64,000 nucleotides of DNA from assembly GCA_001782825.1 (NCBI GenBank), contig MFPS01000003.1, positions 44,353 through 108,352 of the forward strand, read 5' to 3'. Numbering within the stretch: position 1 is the stretch's first letter; each line of letters starts with the position of its first letter. The translations under genes and the position numbers were made by a program. Shown here one piece after another: positions 1-9,443 of this stretch. Under the pieces are notes generated by a model. It did no database searches, was not told where the DNA came from, and was given only the letters and a program-made list of their open reading frames with translations. This DNA comes from Candidatus Magasanikbacteria bacterium RIFCSPHIGHO2_01_FULL_33_34. GTDB taxonomy: Bacteria; Patescibacteriota; Patescibacteriia; Magasanikbacterales; UBA922.

Positions 1-1
1 T

Positions 2-190
2 GATTTTTTACAAAAAGCTCATGATATATCAAATAAACCTAAATGTTTTGTGGTCTTGCCAAAATCAAGTATAAATAGTGATATAGAAAAATTTGTTATA
101 GAAAAAATGAATGATAATGGTCGTTTGGTGGGGGATTTTGTGGTGTTTGAGGAATTAGTGAATAGTAATGATATTGAAGTTGACGAATAG
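2..190 (+). CDS. 3' end of a hypothetical protein (truncated by window edge)
   Basis: Open frame from nt 2 (DFLQKAHDIS...EVDE) to TAG at 188-190; not in ORF track. Confidence 0.6.
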   Translation, partial: DFLQKAHDISNKPKCFVVLPKSSINSDIEKFVIEKMNDNGRLVGDFVVFEELVNSNDIEVDE

Positions 191-210
191 CCAAAAATGT
201 TATAATTTAG

Positions 211-335
211 ATTAAATATAATTGGAATTATTATTCGCTCCCTGCCTGCCGGTAGGCAGGATTCTCGCTTTGGCTCCGAGGATGATGCTTATTGTAGCAT
301 CAAATCCGCTCATAATAATTCCAATTATATTTAAT
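211..335. repeat. Structured repeat copy 1 (short-arm subfamily B, with 20-nt palindrome insert at 241-260)
   Basis: Perfect 24-bp inverted repeat 211-234/312-335 enclosing core ATTCTCGCTTTGGCTCCGAGG-tgatgct-tattgt-agcatca-AATCCG. Confidence 0.93.
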
Positions 336-365
336 ATTACACATAGTTTAAATAGTTTATTATAT

Positions 366-773
366 ATGGCAGACAAATGTATTTTTTGTGGGATAGTAGG
401 GGGTGAAATTCCAAATCATACAGTATATGAGGATAGTATGGTTTTGGCTTTTTTGGATATATTTCCTCATGCCAAAGGTCATACAGTGGTGATACCAAAG
501 GATCATTTTGAATCTCTGTGGGATATGGACACAGACACATTTCAGTCAATTTTGGCTGGGGTACGCGCTACTGCTGGTCGTGTACAAGCTAGACTCAAGC
601 CGGATGGTATGAATATAGGTATCAATAATGGTAAAAGTGCAGGTCAAGTTGTACCGCATGTACATTGGCATATCATTCCGCGTTGGGAGGGGGATGGTGG
701 CGGTAGTATGCATAGTATTATTAAAAATCCAGGAGATAAAAGTGTTGATGAAATAGCAAAATTATTTAAATAA
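366..773 (+). CDS. HIT family hydrolase
   Basis: CIFC N-terminus and HVHWH histidine triad. Start moved to ATG 366 because the ORF-track extension translates repeat copy 1. Confidence 0.92.
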   Translation: MADKCIFCGIVGGEIPNHTVYEDSMVLAFLDIFPHAKGHTVVIPKDHFESLWDMDTDTFQSILAGVRATAGRVQARLKPDGMNIGINNGKSAGQVVPHVHWHIIPRWEGDGGGSMHSIIKNPGDKSVDEIAKLFK

Positions 774-784
774 TATAAAGATAT

Positions 785-930
785 AAAATATAATAGCGTT
801 ATTTATACTTTTAATCATGACCGTATCAATTTGTTTATTTATTTTTACTCCCTGCCTGCCGGCAGACAGGATTCTCGCCTGCGGGCTCCGAGGTGTCGCC
901 TGTTGTGGCAACAAATCCGTAAAAAGAATA
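785..930. repeat. Structured repeat copy 2 (long-arm subfamily A, right arm degenerate, palindrome insert at 851-870)
   Basis: Left flank aatagcgttatttatacttttaatcatgaccg shared with copies 4, 5, 7; core TTTTTACTC...ATTCTCGCCTGCGGGCTCCGAGG-tgtcgcc-tgttgt-ggcaaca-AATCCGTAAAAA. Confidence 0.92.
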
Positions 931-997
931 CTTACCAAATAAATTAATAAAAAATCAAAACAAATATGTTTAGGTGTTTAAATATTTAAATGTTTAT

Positions 998-1999
998 ATG
1001 CAAATATTAGTATGTGGTGGTGCTGGTTTTATGGGCTCGCACTTTATAAAATATATATTAGAAAAATATCCAGATTACATGCTGGTAAATTTTGATAAAC
1101 TCACTTATGCGGGCAATTTGGAAAATTTGAAAGAAGTAGAAAATAATAAAAGATATAAATTTGTAAAAGGGGATATTTGTGATGCATCTGAAGTTGATAG
1201 AGTAGTCAGAGAAAATAAAATTGATACAATAGTAAATTATGCAGCAGAGACCCATGTTGATCGATCGGTTATGGACCCGTCTGCATTTTTGAAGACTAAT
1301 ATTTTTGGTTCATATAATTTATTAGAGGCGACAAAAAAATTTGATCTAAAAAAAATGGTTCAAGTTTCAACTGATGAAGTATTTGGAAGTATTGATAGTG
1401 GAAAGTTTCGTGAAGATTCACCATTTGAACCAAATAGTCCATATTCGGCTGCAAAGGCTGGTGGAGATTTGCTTTGCCGTTCGTATTTTGTTACTTTTCA
1501 AACGCCAGTGGTAGTGACACATAGTTGTAATTTTTATGGTTCAAATCAATATCCAGAAAAATTAATACCACTTTTTGTCACAAATTTGTTGGAAGGCAAA
1601 AAAGTACCGGTATATGGTGATGGTAAGCAGGTGCGTGAATGGATATATACGGAAGATCATTGTAATGCAATTGATGTGATTTTACATAAAGCAAAAGCTG
1701 GTAGTGTTTATAATATTGGATCAGGAGATGAAATTGAAAATATAGAAATTACAAAATTAATTTTGGAATATTTGGGTTATGATGAAAAAATGATAGAGTA
1801 TGTAAAAGATAGGCCAGGGCATGATAAACGTTATGCGCTTGATGCCAATAAATTAAAAAATGAATTAGGTTGGGAAGCAAAAGTTAATTTTAGAGATGGG
1901 TTGAAAAAAACCGTTGATTGGTATAGAGAAAATGAAGATTGGTGGAAAAAAATAAAAGATGGCAGTTATTTAGAATATTATAAAAAACAGTATAATTAA
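998..1999 (+). CDS. rfbB: dTDP-glucose 4,6-dehydratase
   Basis: GGAGFMGS, DKLTYAGN, AAETHVDRS, STDEV, YSAAK, DRPGHD motifs; ATG 998. Confidence 0.96.
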   Translation: MQILVCGGAGFMGSHFIKYILEKYPDYMLVNFDKLTYAGNLENLKEVENNKRYKFVKGDICDASEVDRVVRENKIDTIVNYAAETHVDRSVMDPSAFLKTNIFGSYNLLEATKKFDLKKMVQVSTDEVFGSIDSGKFREDSPFEPNSPYSAAKAGGDLLCRSYFVTFQTPVVVTHSCNFYGSNQYPEKLIPLFVTNLLEGKKVPVYGDGKQVREWIYTEDHCNAIDVILHKAKAGSVYNIGSGDEIENIEITKLILEYLGYDEKMIEYVKDRPGHDKRYALDANKLKNELGWEAKVNFRDGLKKTVDWYRENEDWWKKIKDGSYLEYYKKQYN

Positions 2000-2097
2000 T
2001 TATTAAAGATTATTATTTACTCATTCTCGCTGTGGCTCCGAGGTGTTTGCCTGTTGTGGCAAACAAATCCGTTCATAATAATCTTTAATAATTAATT
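1994..2097. repeat. Structured repeat copy 3 (subfamily B)
   Basis: Perfect 23-bp IR 1994-2016/2075-2097 around core TACTCATTCTCGCTGTGGCTCCGAGG-tgtttgcc-tgttgt-ggcaaaca-AATCCG. Confidence 0.93.
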
Positions 2098-2119
2098 TTT
2101 ACTATTCATTAATTAAAAT

Positions 2120-2956
2120 ATGAAAATATTAATAATTGGAAAGGGTTTTATTGGAGCTAGGTGTGCTGAAGTTTGGGGTGAGGAAGCTTTTGTTAGTGAC
2201 AAAATAATTGATTCAAAACAAGATGTTTTAGATTTGCTTGTTGAATATAATCCTGATGTAGTGTTGAATGCGGCTGGAGTTAGAGGGAAGCCAAATGTAG
2301 ATTGGTGTGAAACAAATCAAGAGGAGACAATATTGGGCAACACAAAACTCCCAATTATTATTGCCGAAGCTTGTCAAGAAAAAAATATTTATTTATTACA
2401 TATTGGTTCAGGTTGTATATTTTATGGAGAGTCTCCAGATCCAAAAGGTTGGAAGGAGTCAGATTTTGGCAATCCTATTCCAGTCTATTCAAGGTCTAAG
2501 TGGGCAGCAGATTTGGTACTTTCAACTTTGCCAAATGTTGGTATTGCTCGTATTCGTATGCCGATTGATTATATACCTTCACCAACTAATATGATTGATA
2601 AATTAGCGACTTTCCCAAAAGTGATTGATGTGGAAAATTCTGTTACTATTGTTGAAGATATGATTGATGTTTTTTATAAATTAATGGAAAAAAGAGCAGA
2701 AGGAATATTTCATGTTACAAATCCTGGTACTTTGAAACACAGAGAAATTATTGCATTGTATGAAGAGTTGGTTGATCCAAATCATAAAAATGAGTGGATA
2801 AGTAATGATGATTTGGTAGCTCAAGGTTTGGCAACAAAAGGTAGGTCAAATAATTTTTTACAATCAGAAAATTTAGAAAAACTTGGAATTAAAATGCGTC
2901 CTATTCATCAAGCAATGCGAGATACAATGGAGAAGTATGCAAAGTTAAAAAAGTAG
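2120..2956 (+). CDS. NDP-4-keto-6-deoxyglucose 3,5-epimerase/4-reductase (NRS/ER-like SDR)
   Basis: GKGFIG, AAGVRGKPNVDWCE, GSGCIF, YSRSK motifs; follows rfbB. Confidence 0.82.
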   Translation: MKILIIGKGFIGARCAEVWGEEAFVSDKIIDSKQDVLDLLVEYNPDVVLNAAGVRGKPNVDWCETNQEETILGNTKLPIIIAEACQEKNIYLLHIGSGCIFYGESPDPKGWKESDFGNPIPVYSRSKWAADLVLSTLPNVGIARIRMPIDYIPSPTNMIDKLATFPKVIDVENSVTIVEDMIDVFYKLMEKRAEGIFHVTNPGTLKHREIIALYEELVDPNHKNEWISNDDLVAQGLATKGRSNNFLQSENLEKLGIKMRPIHQAMRDTMEKYAKLKK

Positions 2957-2968
2957 TTTATAAATATT

Positions 2969-3739
2969 ATGGACTTGAGTATTATTACTGTAACTTGGAA
3001 TTCAGAAAAAAAAATTGAAAATCAGATTTTGTCTGTTATTTCTAGTTGTAGAAATATTACTTTTGAACAAATTATTATTGATAATAATTCACCTGATAAA
3101 ACTGTTGAAGTTGTTAAAAAATTTAATAATGTAAAATTAATTGAAAATAAAGAGAACAAAGGCTTTGGTGCGGCTAATAATCAAGGAATAGAAATTGCAT
3201 CGGGGAGATTTGTTTTATTTCTTAATCCTGATATGAAAGTTGAAGGGGATGCGCTTAATAGAATGGTAGATTATATGGTCCAAAATAGTAATGTTGGCAT
3301 TGCTGGGTGTAAATTATTAAATGAAAATGGGGAATTGAATTTGGCAACAACTCCAAGAAGATTTCCAAAATTGTGGGAACAATTATTTATTGTATTTAAA
3401 ATACATCATTTTTTGCCAAAAATTTTGGATAGATATTTATTTAGAGATTTTAATCCTGAGGTAGAACAAGAAGTAGATTCAGTCCAAGGTTCATTTATGA
3501 TTGTACGTCGTGAATTGATTGATAAACTTGGTTGGGGTTTTGACCCTAGATATTTTATTTGGTTTGAGGATGTAGACTTGTGTCGTGAAGCTAAGAAAAA
3601 TAGATATAAGGTAATGTATACACCAATTGCTACTTGTATTGATTATGCTGGACAAAGTTTTAAAAAAAGGACTACTTGGTGGAAACAAAAACAATACATA
3701 AAAAGTATGTTGAAATATTTTATTAAGTGGGGAGTATAA
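2969..3739 (+). CDS. GT2 family glycosyltransferase (WbbL-like)
   Basis: IIIDNNSPD, GFGAANN, LNPD, FEDVDLC. Confidence 0.9.
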   Translation: MDLSIITVTWNSEKKIENQILSVISSCRNITFEQIIIDNNSPDKTVEVVKKFNNVKLIENKENKGFGAANNQGIEIASGRFVLFLNPDMKVEGDALNRMVDYMVQNSNVGIAGCKLLNENGELNLATTPRRFPKLWEQLFIVFKIHHFLPKILDRYLFRDFNPEVEQEVDSVQGSFMIVRRELIDKLGWGFDPRYFIWFEDVDLCREAKKNRYKVMYTPIATCIDYAGQSFKKRTTWWKQKQYIKSMLKYFIKWGV

Positions 3740-3740
3740 T

Positions 3741-4754
3741 ATGGTTAAATTAACAGTGCAATTATTAGTTTGGAATGGAGAAAAATATCTTCCTCATCTT
3801 TTTGAGTCTTTGAGAAAGCAAACAAGTAAAGATTGGCAAATATTTATTTTGGATAATGGTTCTGCTGACAATTCTGTTTCGGTAATAAAAAAAGAATTAG
3901 CTAATTTTTCTATACCTAATTTTTTTGAAGAGGGAGAGTCAAATATTGGTTTTTCGCCTGGACATAATTATATTTATGAACAAACTGATACAGAGTATGT
4001 GTTGATGTTAAATCAAGATTTGTATTTGGAACCAAATTGTATTGAGCGATTAATTTCATTTATGGATAAAAATAGTGAGGTGGCTAGCGTGTCTCCTCGA
4101 CTTATGAAATGGAATATTAATTCACTTGATCACTTTTTTTCTGAGTATGTTGATTCATTGGGTTTAAAAGTGTTTAAAAATAGACGTGCGGTTGATTGGT
4201 ATAATGGTCAGAAGTATGAAAATTTTTTAAATACTAATAAGGATAAAAAAGAAATAGAAGTTTTTGGCGTATCTGGTACATTGCCGATGTTTAGGAGAAG
4301 TAATATAAATAGTATCTTATATGATAATAAATATATATTTGATCCAGATTATAGTTCTTACAAAGAAGATGTAGATTTGGCTTATCGTTTACGATCGGCT
4401 GGATTCAAGTCATATGTAGTTTTGGATACTTGCGCATATCATGATAGAACTAGTGATATAGAAATTACTGTAATAGATAATAAGAAAAAACAACCAGAAC
4501 ATGTAAAATATTATAGTTATAGGAATCATTTGATGACAATATATAAGAATGAATATTTACTAAATTTTATCCTTGATTTTTTTTGGATATTGTGGTATGA
4601 AGTAGGTAAATTTATTTGGTTTTTGTTATTTGATAGAAAGGTTTTAAAAGGTTTGGGAGATATATGGAAATTCAGAAAAAATTTGAAAAGTAGACGAAGA
4701 CAGATAATAAAACAAAGAAAAATAGGATGGTATAAAATTAGAACTTGGTTTTGA
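3741..4754 (+). CDS. GT2 family glycosyltransferase
   Basis: ILDNGSAD, GFSPGHN, LNQD, KEDVDLAYR. Confidence 0.9.
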   Translation: MVKLTVQLLVWNGEKYLPHLFESLRKQTSKDWQIFILDNGSADNSVSVIKKELANFSIPNFFEEGESNIGFSPGHNYIYEQTDTEYVLMLNQDLYLEPNCIERLISFMDKNSEVASVSPRLMKWNINSLDHFFSEYVDSLGLKVFKNRRAVDWYNGQKYENFLNTNKDKKEIEVFGVSGTLPMFRRSNINSILYDNKYIFDPDYSSYKEDVDLAYRLRSAGFKSYVVLDTCAYHDRTSDIEITVIDNKKKQPEHVKYYSYRNHLMTIYKNEYLLNFILDFFWILWYEVGKFIWFLLFDRKVLKGLGDIWKFRKNLKSRRRQIIKQRKIGWYKIRTWF

Positions 4755-4770
4755 AAGTATTATTTAGTAT

Positions 4771-5613
4771 ATGAAAGATATTAATATTGTATACGTAAAT
4801 TATTTGATGAAGGAGGATATTTTGAAAGCAGTCAGTAGTGTATTGACTGATATTTTGGGTTGTCCTTATGATGTACAAATTACAGTGGTAGATAATTCTG
4901 AAAATAAGGATGACATAAAGGAAGATTTAGAAAAACTTTATCCTGAAGTAAAATATATTGATGCAGGGGGTAATATTGGTTTTGGAAAGGGTAATAATAA
5001 AGGTTTTAAGTCAACGGAATCAAGATATTATTTTGCTTTAAATAGGGATACTATTATTCCAGATAATTCCAATACTATTGAAAGGATAATTAAGTTTATG
5101 GATAATAATCCAAAGATTGGTTGTATTGGTCCAAAGTTAATTAATATGGATCAGACTCTTCAGGATACATGTTATAGATTTGATTTTAAATCAATTATTG
5201 TTAAACCATTTAAGCAAATTAATTTTGATAAAAAATATAATTGGGTGAAAAAATATACAAATAGATTGTTGATGAAAGATTTTGATCATAATACTACTAG
5301 ACCAGTGGATTGGGTATTGGGGGCGGCTATGGTTGTTAGAAAGGAAGTAGTGGACGAAATAGGTTGGTTTGATGATAGATATTTTATGTATTTGGAAGAT
5401 TGTGATTGGTGTAGAACTATGTGGGATAATGGTTGGCCAGTATATTATGTACATGATATAGTAATACAGCATAGATATGCTCGGGCTTCGGCAGAAATAC
5501 CAGGTGTATTGAAAGCCTTATTAAAAAATAAGTTAGCGCGTATTCATTTGATAAGTTGGTTTAAATATATTTTGAAGTGGCGAGGTAAATTTAAGTATTA
5601 TAAATCTATATAA
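4771..5613 (+). CDS. GT2 family glycosyltransferase (WbbL-like)
   Basis: VVDNS, GFGKGNN, LNRD, DWVLGA, YLEDCDWC. Confidence 0.9.
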   Translation: MKDINIVYVNYLMKEDILKAVSSVLTDILGCPYDVQITVVDNSENKDDIKEDLEKLYPEVKYIDAGGNIGFGKGNNKGFKSTESRYYFALNRDTIIPDNSNTIERIIKFMDNNPKIGCIGPKLINMDQTLQDTCYRFDFKSIIVKPFKQINFDKKYNWVKKYTNRLLMKDFDHNTTRPVDWVLGAAMVVRKEVVDEIGWFDDRYFMYLEDCDWCRTMWDNGWPVYYVHDIVIQHRYARASAEIPGVLKALLKNKLARIHLISWFKYILKWRGKFKYYKSI

Positions 5614-5620
5614 GTTTTAT

Positions 5621-5796
5621 TTATAAGATATAATAGCATTATTTATACTTTCAACCACGATTGCATTTTTTTCAATTATTTGTTTTTACTCATTCTCGCT
5701 TTGGCTCCGAGGGTGATGCCTGTTGGGGCATCAAATCCGTAAAAACAAATAATTGAAAATAATGCTTAATTATAAATAACGTTTTCAATTTTTACA
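5621..5796. repeat. Structured repeat copy 4 (subfamily A)
   Basis: Stem 5663-5689/5739-5765 plus outer stem cattatttata/tataaataacg; core with tgatgcc-tgttgg-ggcatca. Confidence 0.93.
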
Positions 5797-5804
5797 CTTT
5801 ATTT

Positions 5805-6905
5805 ATGGAAAAATATCCTAAAATTGCGATAATTTATTTATCATTTGATTCTGAACAATATTTGGATGATGTTGTTTCAGGACTCAAAAAAGTAAGTTAT
5901 CCAAAAGATAAGTTAGAGTTGGTTATAGTGGACAATCCACATCCAAAATATGGCTCATCTGTGAGAGCTATACAAGAAATTATTATGCCACATTCTGGTT
6001 TGGATTTGCCTCACGTTACACTTTTGCCACAAAAAGAAAATTTAGGTTTTGCTGGTGGAAATAATGTTGGTATACAATGGGCATTGGATAATAATTTTGA
6101 TTATATTTATCTTCATAATAATGATGGATTTACTTCAATCAATACTTTTGAATCACTTGCTAAAGTTATGGAGGAAGATAAAACTATAGCAGTGGCTCAA
6201 TCTTTATTACTTCTTCATCCAGATACAGAATATTTAAATAATGCAGGTAATTCTTTTCATTATCTTGGATTTGGTTATTGTGATAAATATAGAGAAAGAG
6301 TGGATGAAGTAAAATTGCCTCCAGTTATGGAGATTTCATATGCTAGTGGCGCTGCTTGTATTGTCAGATCAGATTTGATTAGAAAATACGGAATGCTTGA
6401 TCATGATTTCTTTTTGTATCATGAAGATTTGGAATGGTGTTTTCGTTTTAGGGTAGTTGGATACAAAACAGTTTTGGTGAGAGATTCTGTTTTTTACCAC
6501 AAGTATCAGTTTAGTCGTAGTATTGAAAAGTTTTATTATATGGAGAGAAATCGCTATGGTGTGATGTTGATGTTTTTCAAGCTTCCTTCTTTATTATTAC
6601 TTTTACCTATGGCAATAATTTTAGAGTTTGGTTTGTGGCTTTTTGCTTGGCGTGGTGGTTGGGTAGATAAAAGATTGGAAGTATATAAATATTGGTCAAA
6701 GCCAAATAATTGGAAATTGTGGTTGGGAAAAAGAAAAAATATTCAAACAATGAGAAAAATATCAGACAGAGAACTCTTTAAGTTCAGCGTTCCAGGTATA
6801 TATTTTCAAGAAAAATCTATGGAAAATCCAATTTTGAAATATATTGGAAATCCAGTAATGAAGATATATTATTGGATTGTGGTAAGAGGGATTATTTTTT
6901 GGTAA
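5805..6905 (+). CDS. GT2 family glycosyltransferase
   Basis: IVDN, GFAGGNN, HNND, YASGA, YHEDLEWC. Confidence 0.9.
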   Translation: MEKYPKIAIIYLSFDSEQYLDDVVSGLKKVSYPKDKLELVIVDNPHPKYGSSVRAIQEIIMPHSGLDLPHVTLLPQKENLGFAGGNNVGIQWALDNNFDYIYLHNNDGFTSINTFESLAKVMEEDKTIAVAQSLLLLHPDTEYLNNAGNSFHYLGFGYCDKYRERVDEVKLPPVMEISYASGAACIVRSDLIRKYGMLDHDFFLYHEDLEWCFRFRVVGYKTVLVRDSVFYHKYQFSRSIEKFYYMERNRYGVMLMFFKLPSLLLLLPMAIILEFGLWLFAWRGGWVDKRLEVYKYWSKPNNWKLWLGKRKNIQTMRKISDRELFKFSVPGIYFQEKSMENPILKYIGNPVMKIYYWIVVRGIIFW

Positions 6906-6909
6906 AAAT

Positions 6910-7944
6910 ATGATAACAAAAGCAATACTTACTGGTGGTGGTAGAGCAACTAGGCTTTATCCGATTACATCAACAATTAATAAGCATTTGTTGCCTTTGG
7001 CAAATAAGCCAATGATTTTTCATGCTATTGAAAAAGTGGTTGATGCGGGTATTAAAGAGATATTTATAAATGTAAATCCTGGGGAGGAAGATTTGCAAAA
7101 ACATATTGGTGATGGTGGGCATTGGGGTGTAAAAATAAAGTTTTTTGAGCAAACTGGTGGTCCACAAGGTATTGCCCATGTGGTAAATGAAGCAAAGAAG
7201 TTTATAGGGGATGATCCTTTTGTTTTTTATTTGTCTGATAATATTTTGTTTGGTGATGTAAAGGAAATGATTGAGGAATTTAATAAGGGCGAACATGATT
7301 GTATGTTGGCTTTGTCTGAAGTTCCAGATCCAAATCGTTTTGGTGTACCAGTTTTTGATAATGTTGGTAATTTGATTGATGTGATAGAAAAACCAGAAGT
7401 AGCACCAAATAATTTTGCTGTGACTGGGATATATTTGTATGGTCCAAAAATATTTTTTGAAGCATTTGATAATATAGAAAAAAGCGCAAGAGGCGAGTAT
7501 GAAATATCAAGTATTCATTCTTACTTTTTAAAAAATAACAAAAAAGTTGGTTATAAAGAGATAACTGGTTGGTGGAAGGATACAGGTAAAACAGAAGATC
7601 TTTTGTTGGCAAATAGATTATTACTTGAAAAAACTAATAATATAATTCAAGTTAGTCCGAGTTGTGTTTATGATGATACAGTTGAATTGATTGCACCAGT
7701 TATAATTGGTGAAAATTGTATTTTGAAGAATTGTAAAATAGGACCATATGTTACTATTGGTCAAGGATCAATTATAAAAAATGCTAATATTGAGGATTCA
7801 ATATTGTTATCTAATGTTGAGATTGATTGTCAAATAACAATATCTGATAGTTTGATTGGCAAGGGGGTTAAGTTTTTGAAGAAAGAAGAAAGAAATAAAA
7901 AACATAAGTTGATAGTAGGAGATAAAACTGTTATTGAATTTTAG
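6910..7944 (+). CDS. Glucose-1-phosphate thymidylyltransferase, long form
   Basis: GGRATRLYPIT..NKHL, EKP, SARGEYEI, WWKDTG, C-terminal hexapeptide repeats. Confidence 0.9.
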   Translation: MITKAILTGGGRATRLYPITSTINKHLLPLANKPMIFHAIEKVVDAGIKEIFINVNPGEEDLQKHIGDGGHWGVKIKFFEQTGGPQGIAHVVNEAKKFIGDDPFVFYLSDNILFGDVKEMIEEFNKGEHDCMLALSEVPDPNRFGVPVFDNVGNLIDVIEKPEVAPNNFAVTGIYLYGPKIFFEAFDNIEKSARGEYEISSIHSYFLKNNKKVGYKEITGWWKDTGKTEDLLLANRLLLEKTNNIIQVSPSCVYDDTVELIAPVIIGENCILKNCKIGPYVTIGQGSIIKNANIEDSILLSNVEIDCQITISDSLIGKGVKFLKKEERNKKHKLIVGDKTVIEF

Positions 7945-7952
7945 TTTATTAG

Positions 7953-9287
7953 TTAATAATTCAATTCATATAACCCAGTTTTATCTCCAACTTTTCCAAA
8001 AAAGTAAATTCTATTTTCTCTTTTATATACACTAGCATTATAAACTTCACCATTATATAGATTTTGATTTACATAATAACCTGGGTTGAATGATTCAATA
8101 CCATGATTGTTAACAATAGCCAAAGCACCGACATCATCAAGTGGAAATACAAATTTAATATTGTCACTAGTTCTATTTAGTAGTGCTGGTTTATCATGTT
8201 CATATATAGACCATAATTCCCATGCAGACCAAGTTAGCCACTCGTTGGTGGATGTATTTCTGTGAAAATTGAGAGTATGAATTGCTTCTTGTTTGTTTTG
8301 TTCTCTGGAAATAATTAATACTTCAGTATCAGTTTGTAATATTGCCCGATAATTATTTATATCAATAATTTTTTTAATTCCTAATGGATTGGGAATAGAA
8401 ATTTTATCTTGTGAATCATTACTATTTTTAACTATTAAGTTATCTTTTTCTAGAATCCAGAATTTTTCTAAGTCATCAATATACCATATTGTCGTAGAAC
8501 TGAGATTAAACATCTGTTCACTGGTATTGGTGGTCAATCTAAAAATTTTGTTATTTTCATCTATAAAAATAGTTGGAATTGGAGAATTTTTTTGCCATTG
8601 ATAATGCAATACTTTTTCTTTGTCGATTAGAACTTCATAATTTGTTATTGTATCTGTATTATCTGCATTTAAAATACTGATTGATGCGATATTTTTTTCA
8701 AATTTAGTAAATAAAATATAATTATTAAATGGCGACCATTCTAATTGATATTTTGTATTTTCTGGTAATTTGAAAAGTGGAGAAAATTCTTCTGATTGTG
8801 AATCAAATAGTTCAATATTTGTAGTTTTGTTTTTTGTAGAAGATAATAAAATAAATCTTCCATCAGTTGATGGTAAAAAAGAATCAATATTATTTTTTGT
8901 ATTGTCTATTGCTGTAGGTAGTGAGTCTTTTAGTAAGTTTATGTTTTTTATGTAAGTTGTTTGTTTACTTTTTACATCTATATTTTTTTCCCATGTTTTA
9001 TATCCGGGTAATGAAATTTTTAGATTATATGTACCGGGGGTTCTGTTGGTTAGTCTGATTGGTATTTTTTTTGTTATCTTTATATCATTTAGATATACTT
9101 CTGCTTCTTTTGGTTTTATATCTATACTAATAACTCCGGTCTCAATAATTTTTTTATTTTCTATATCAAGACGATAACCCATGGAATAAAGTATTAATAA
9201 AGGTGTGATAGTAAAAAAAATCGAAACTAAAAAAAACAAAAAAATACTTCTAAATTTTTTGTCATTGTAGGTATTTGATTGCCTCAT
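7953..9287 (-). CDS. PEGA-domain membrane-anchored protein
   Basis: N-terminal TM helix, YSMGYR, PEGA-like segment (PKEAEVYLND...PGTYNLKISLPGYKTW), beta-rich C-terminus. Confidence 0.75.
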   Translation of the reverse strand: MRQSNTYNDKKFRSIFLFFLVSIFFTITPLLILYSMGYRLDIENKKIIETGVISIDIKPKEAEVYLNDIKITKKIPIRLTNRTPGTYNLKISLPGYKTWEKNIDVKSKQTTYIKNINLLKDSLPTAIDNTKNNIDSFLPSTDGRFILLSSTKNKTTNIELFDSQSEEFSPLFKLPENTKYQLEWSPFNNYILFTKFEKNIASISILNADNTDTITNYEVLIDKEKVLHYQWQKNSPIPTIFIDENNKIFRLTTNTSEQMFNLSSTTIWYIDDLEKFWILEKDNLIVKNSNDSQDKISIPNPLGIKKIIDINNYRAILQTDTEVLIISREQNKQEAIHTLNFHRNTSTNEWLTWSAWELWSIYEHDKPALLNRTSDNIKFVFPLDDVGALAIVNNHGIESFNPGYYVNQNLYNGEVYNASVYKRENRIYFFGKVGDKTGLYELNY

Positions 9288-9443
9288 AATCAGAAATAAT
9301 TTGATTAAATTGCTAAATTTAGCTTAAAATAGCAGTATTGTATTTTTCATTATGTTACGCTATAATAGTAGCGTCTTTTTTATAAAAAATCAACTATATT
9401 TGGTATTGATATATTTTTATATAGTTTGTATTAAAATATTAAA

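Noticed and set aside
222-365. N-terminal extension of the HIT ORF
   Set aside because: It is the translation of repeat copy 1; the real domain begins at ATG 366.
1994-2097. Repeats as simple rho-independent terminators
   Set aside because: They sit inside apparent operons, keep one orientation regardless of gene strand, and conserve loop and junction sequences that a terminator does not need.
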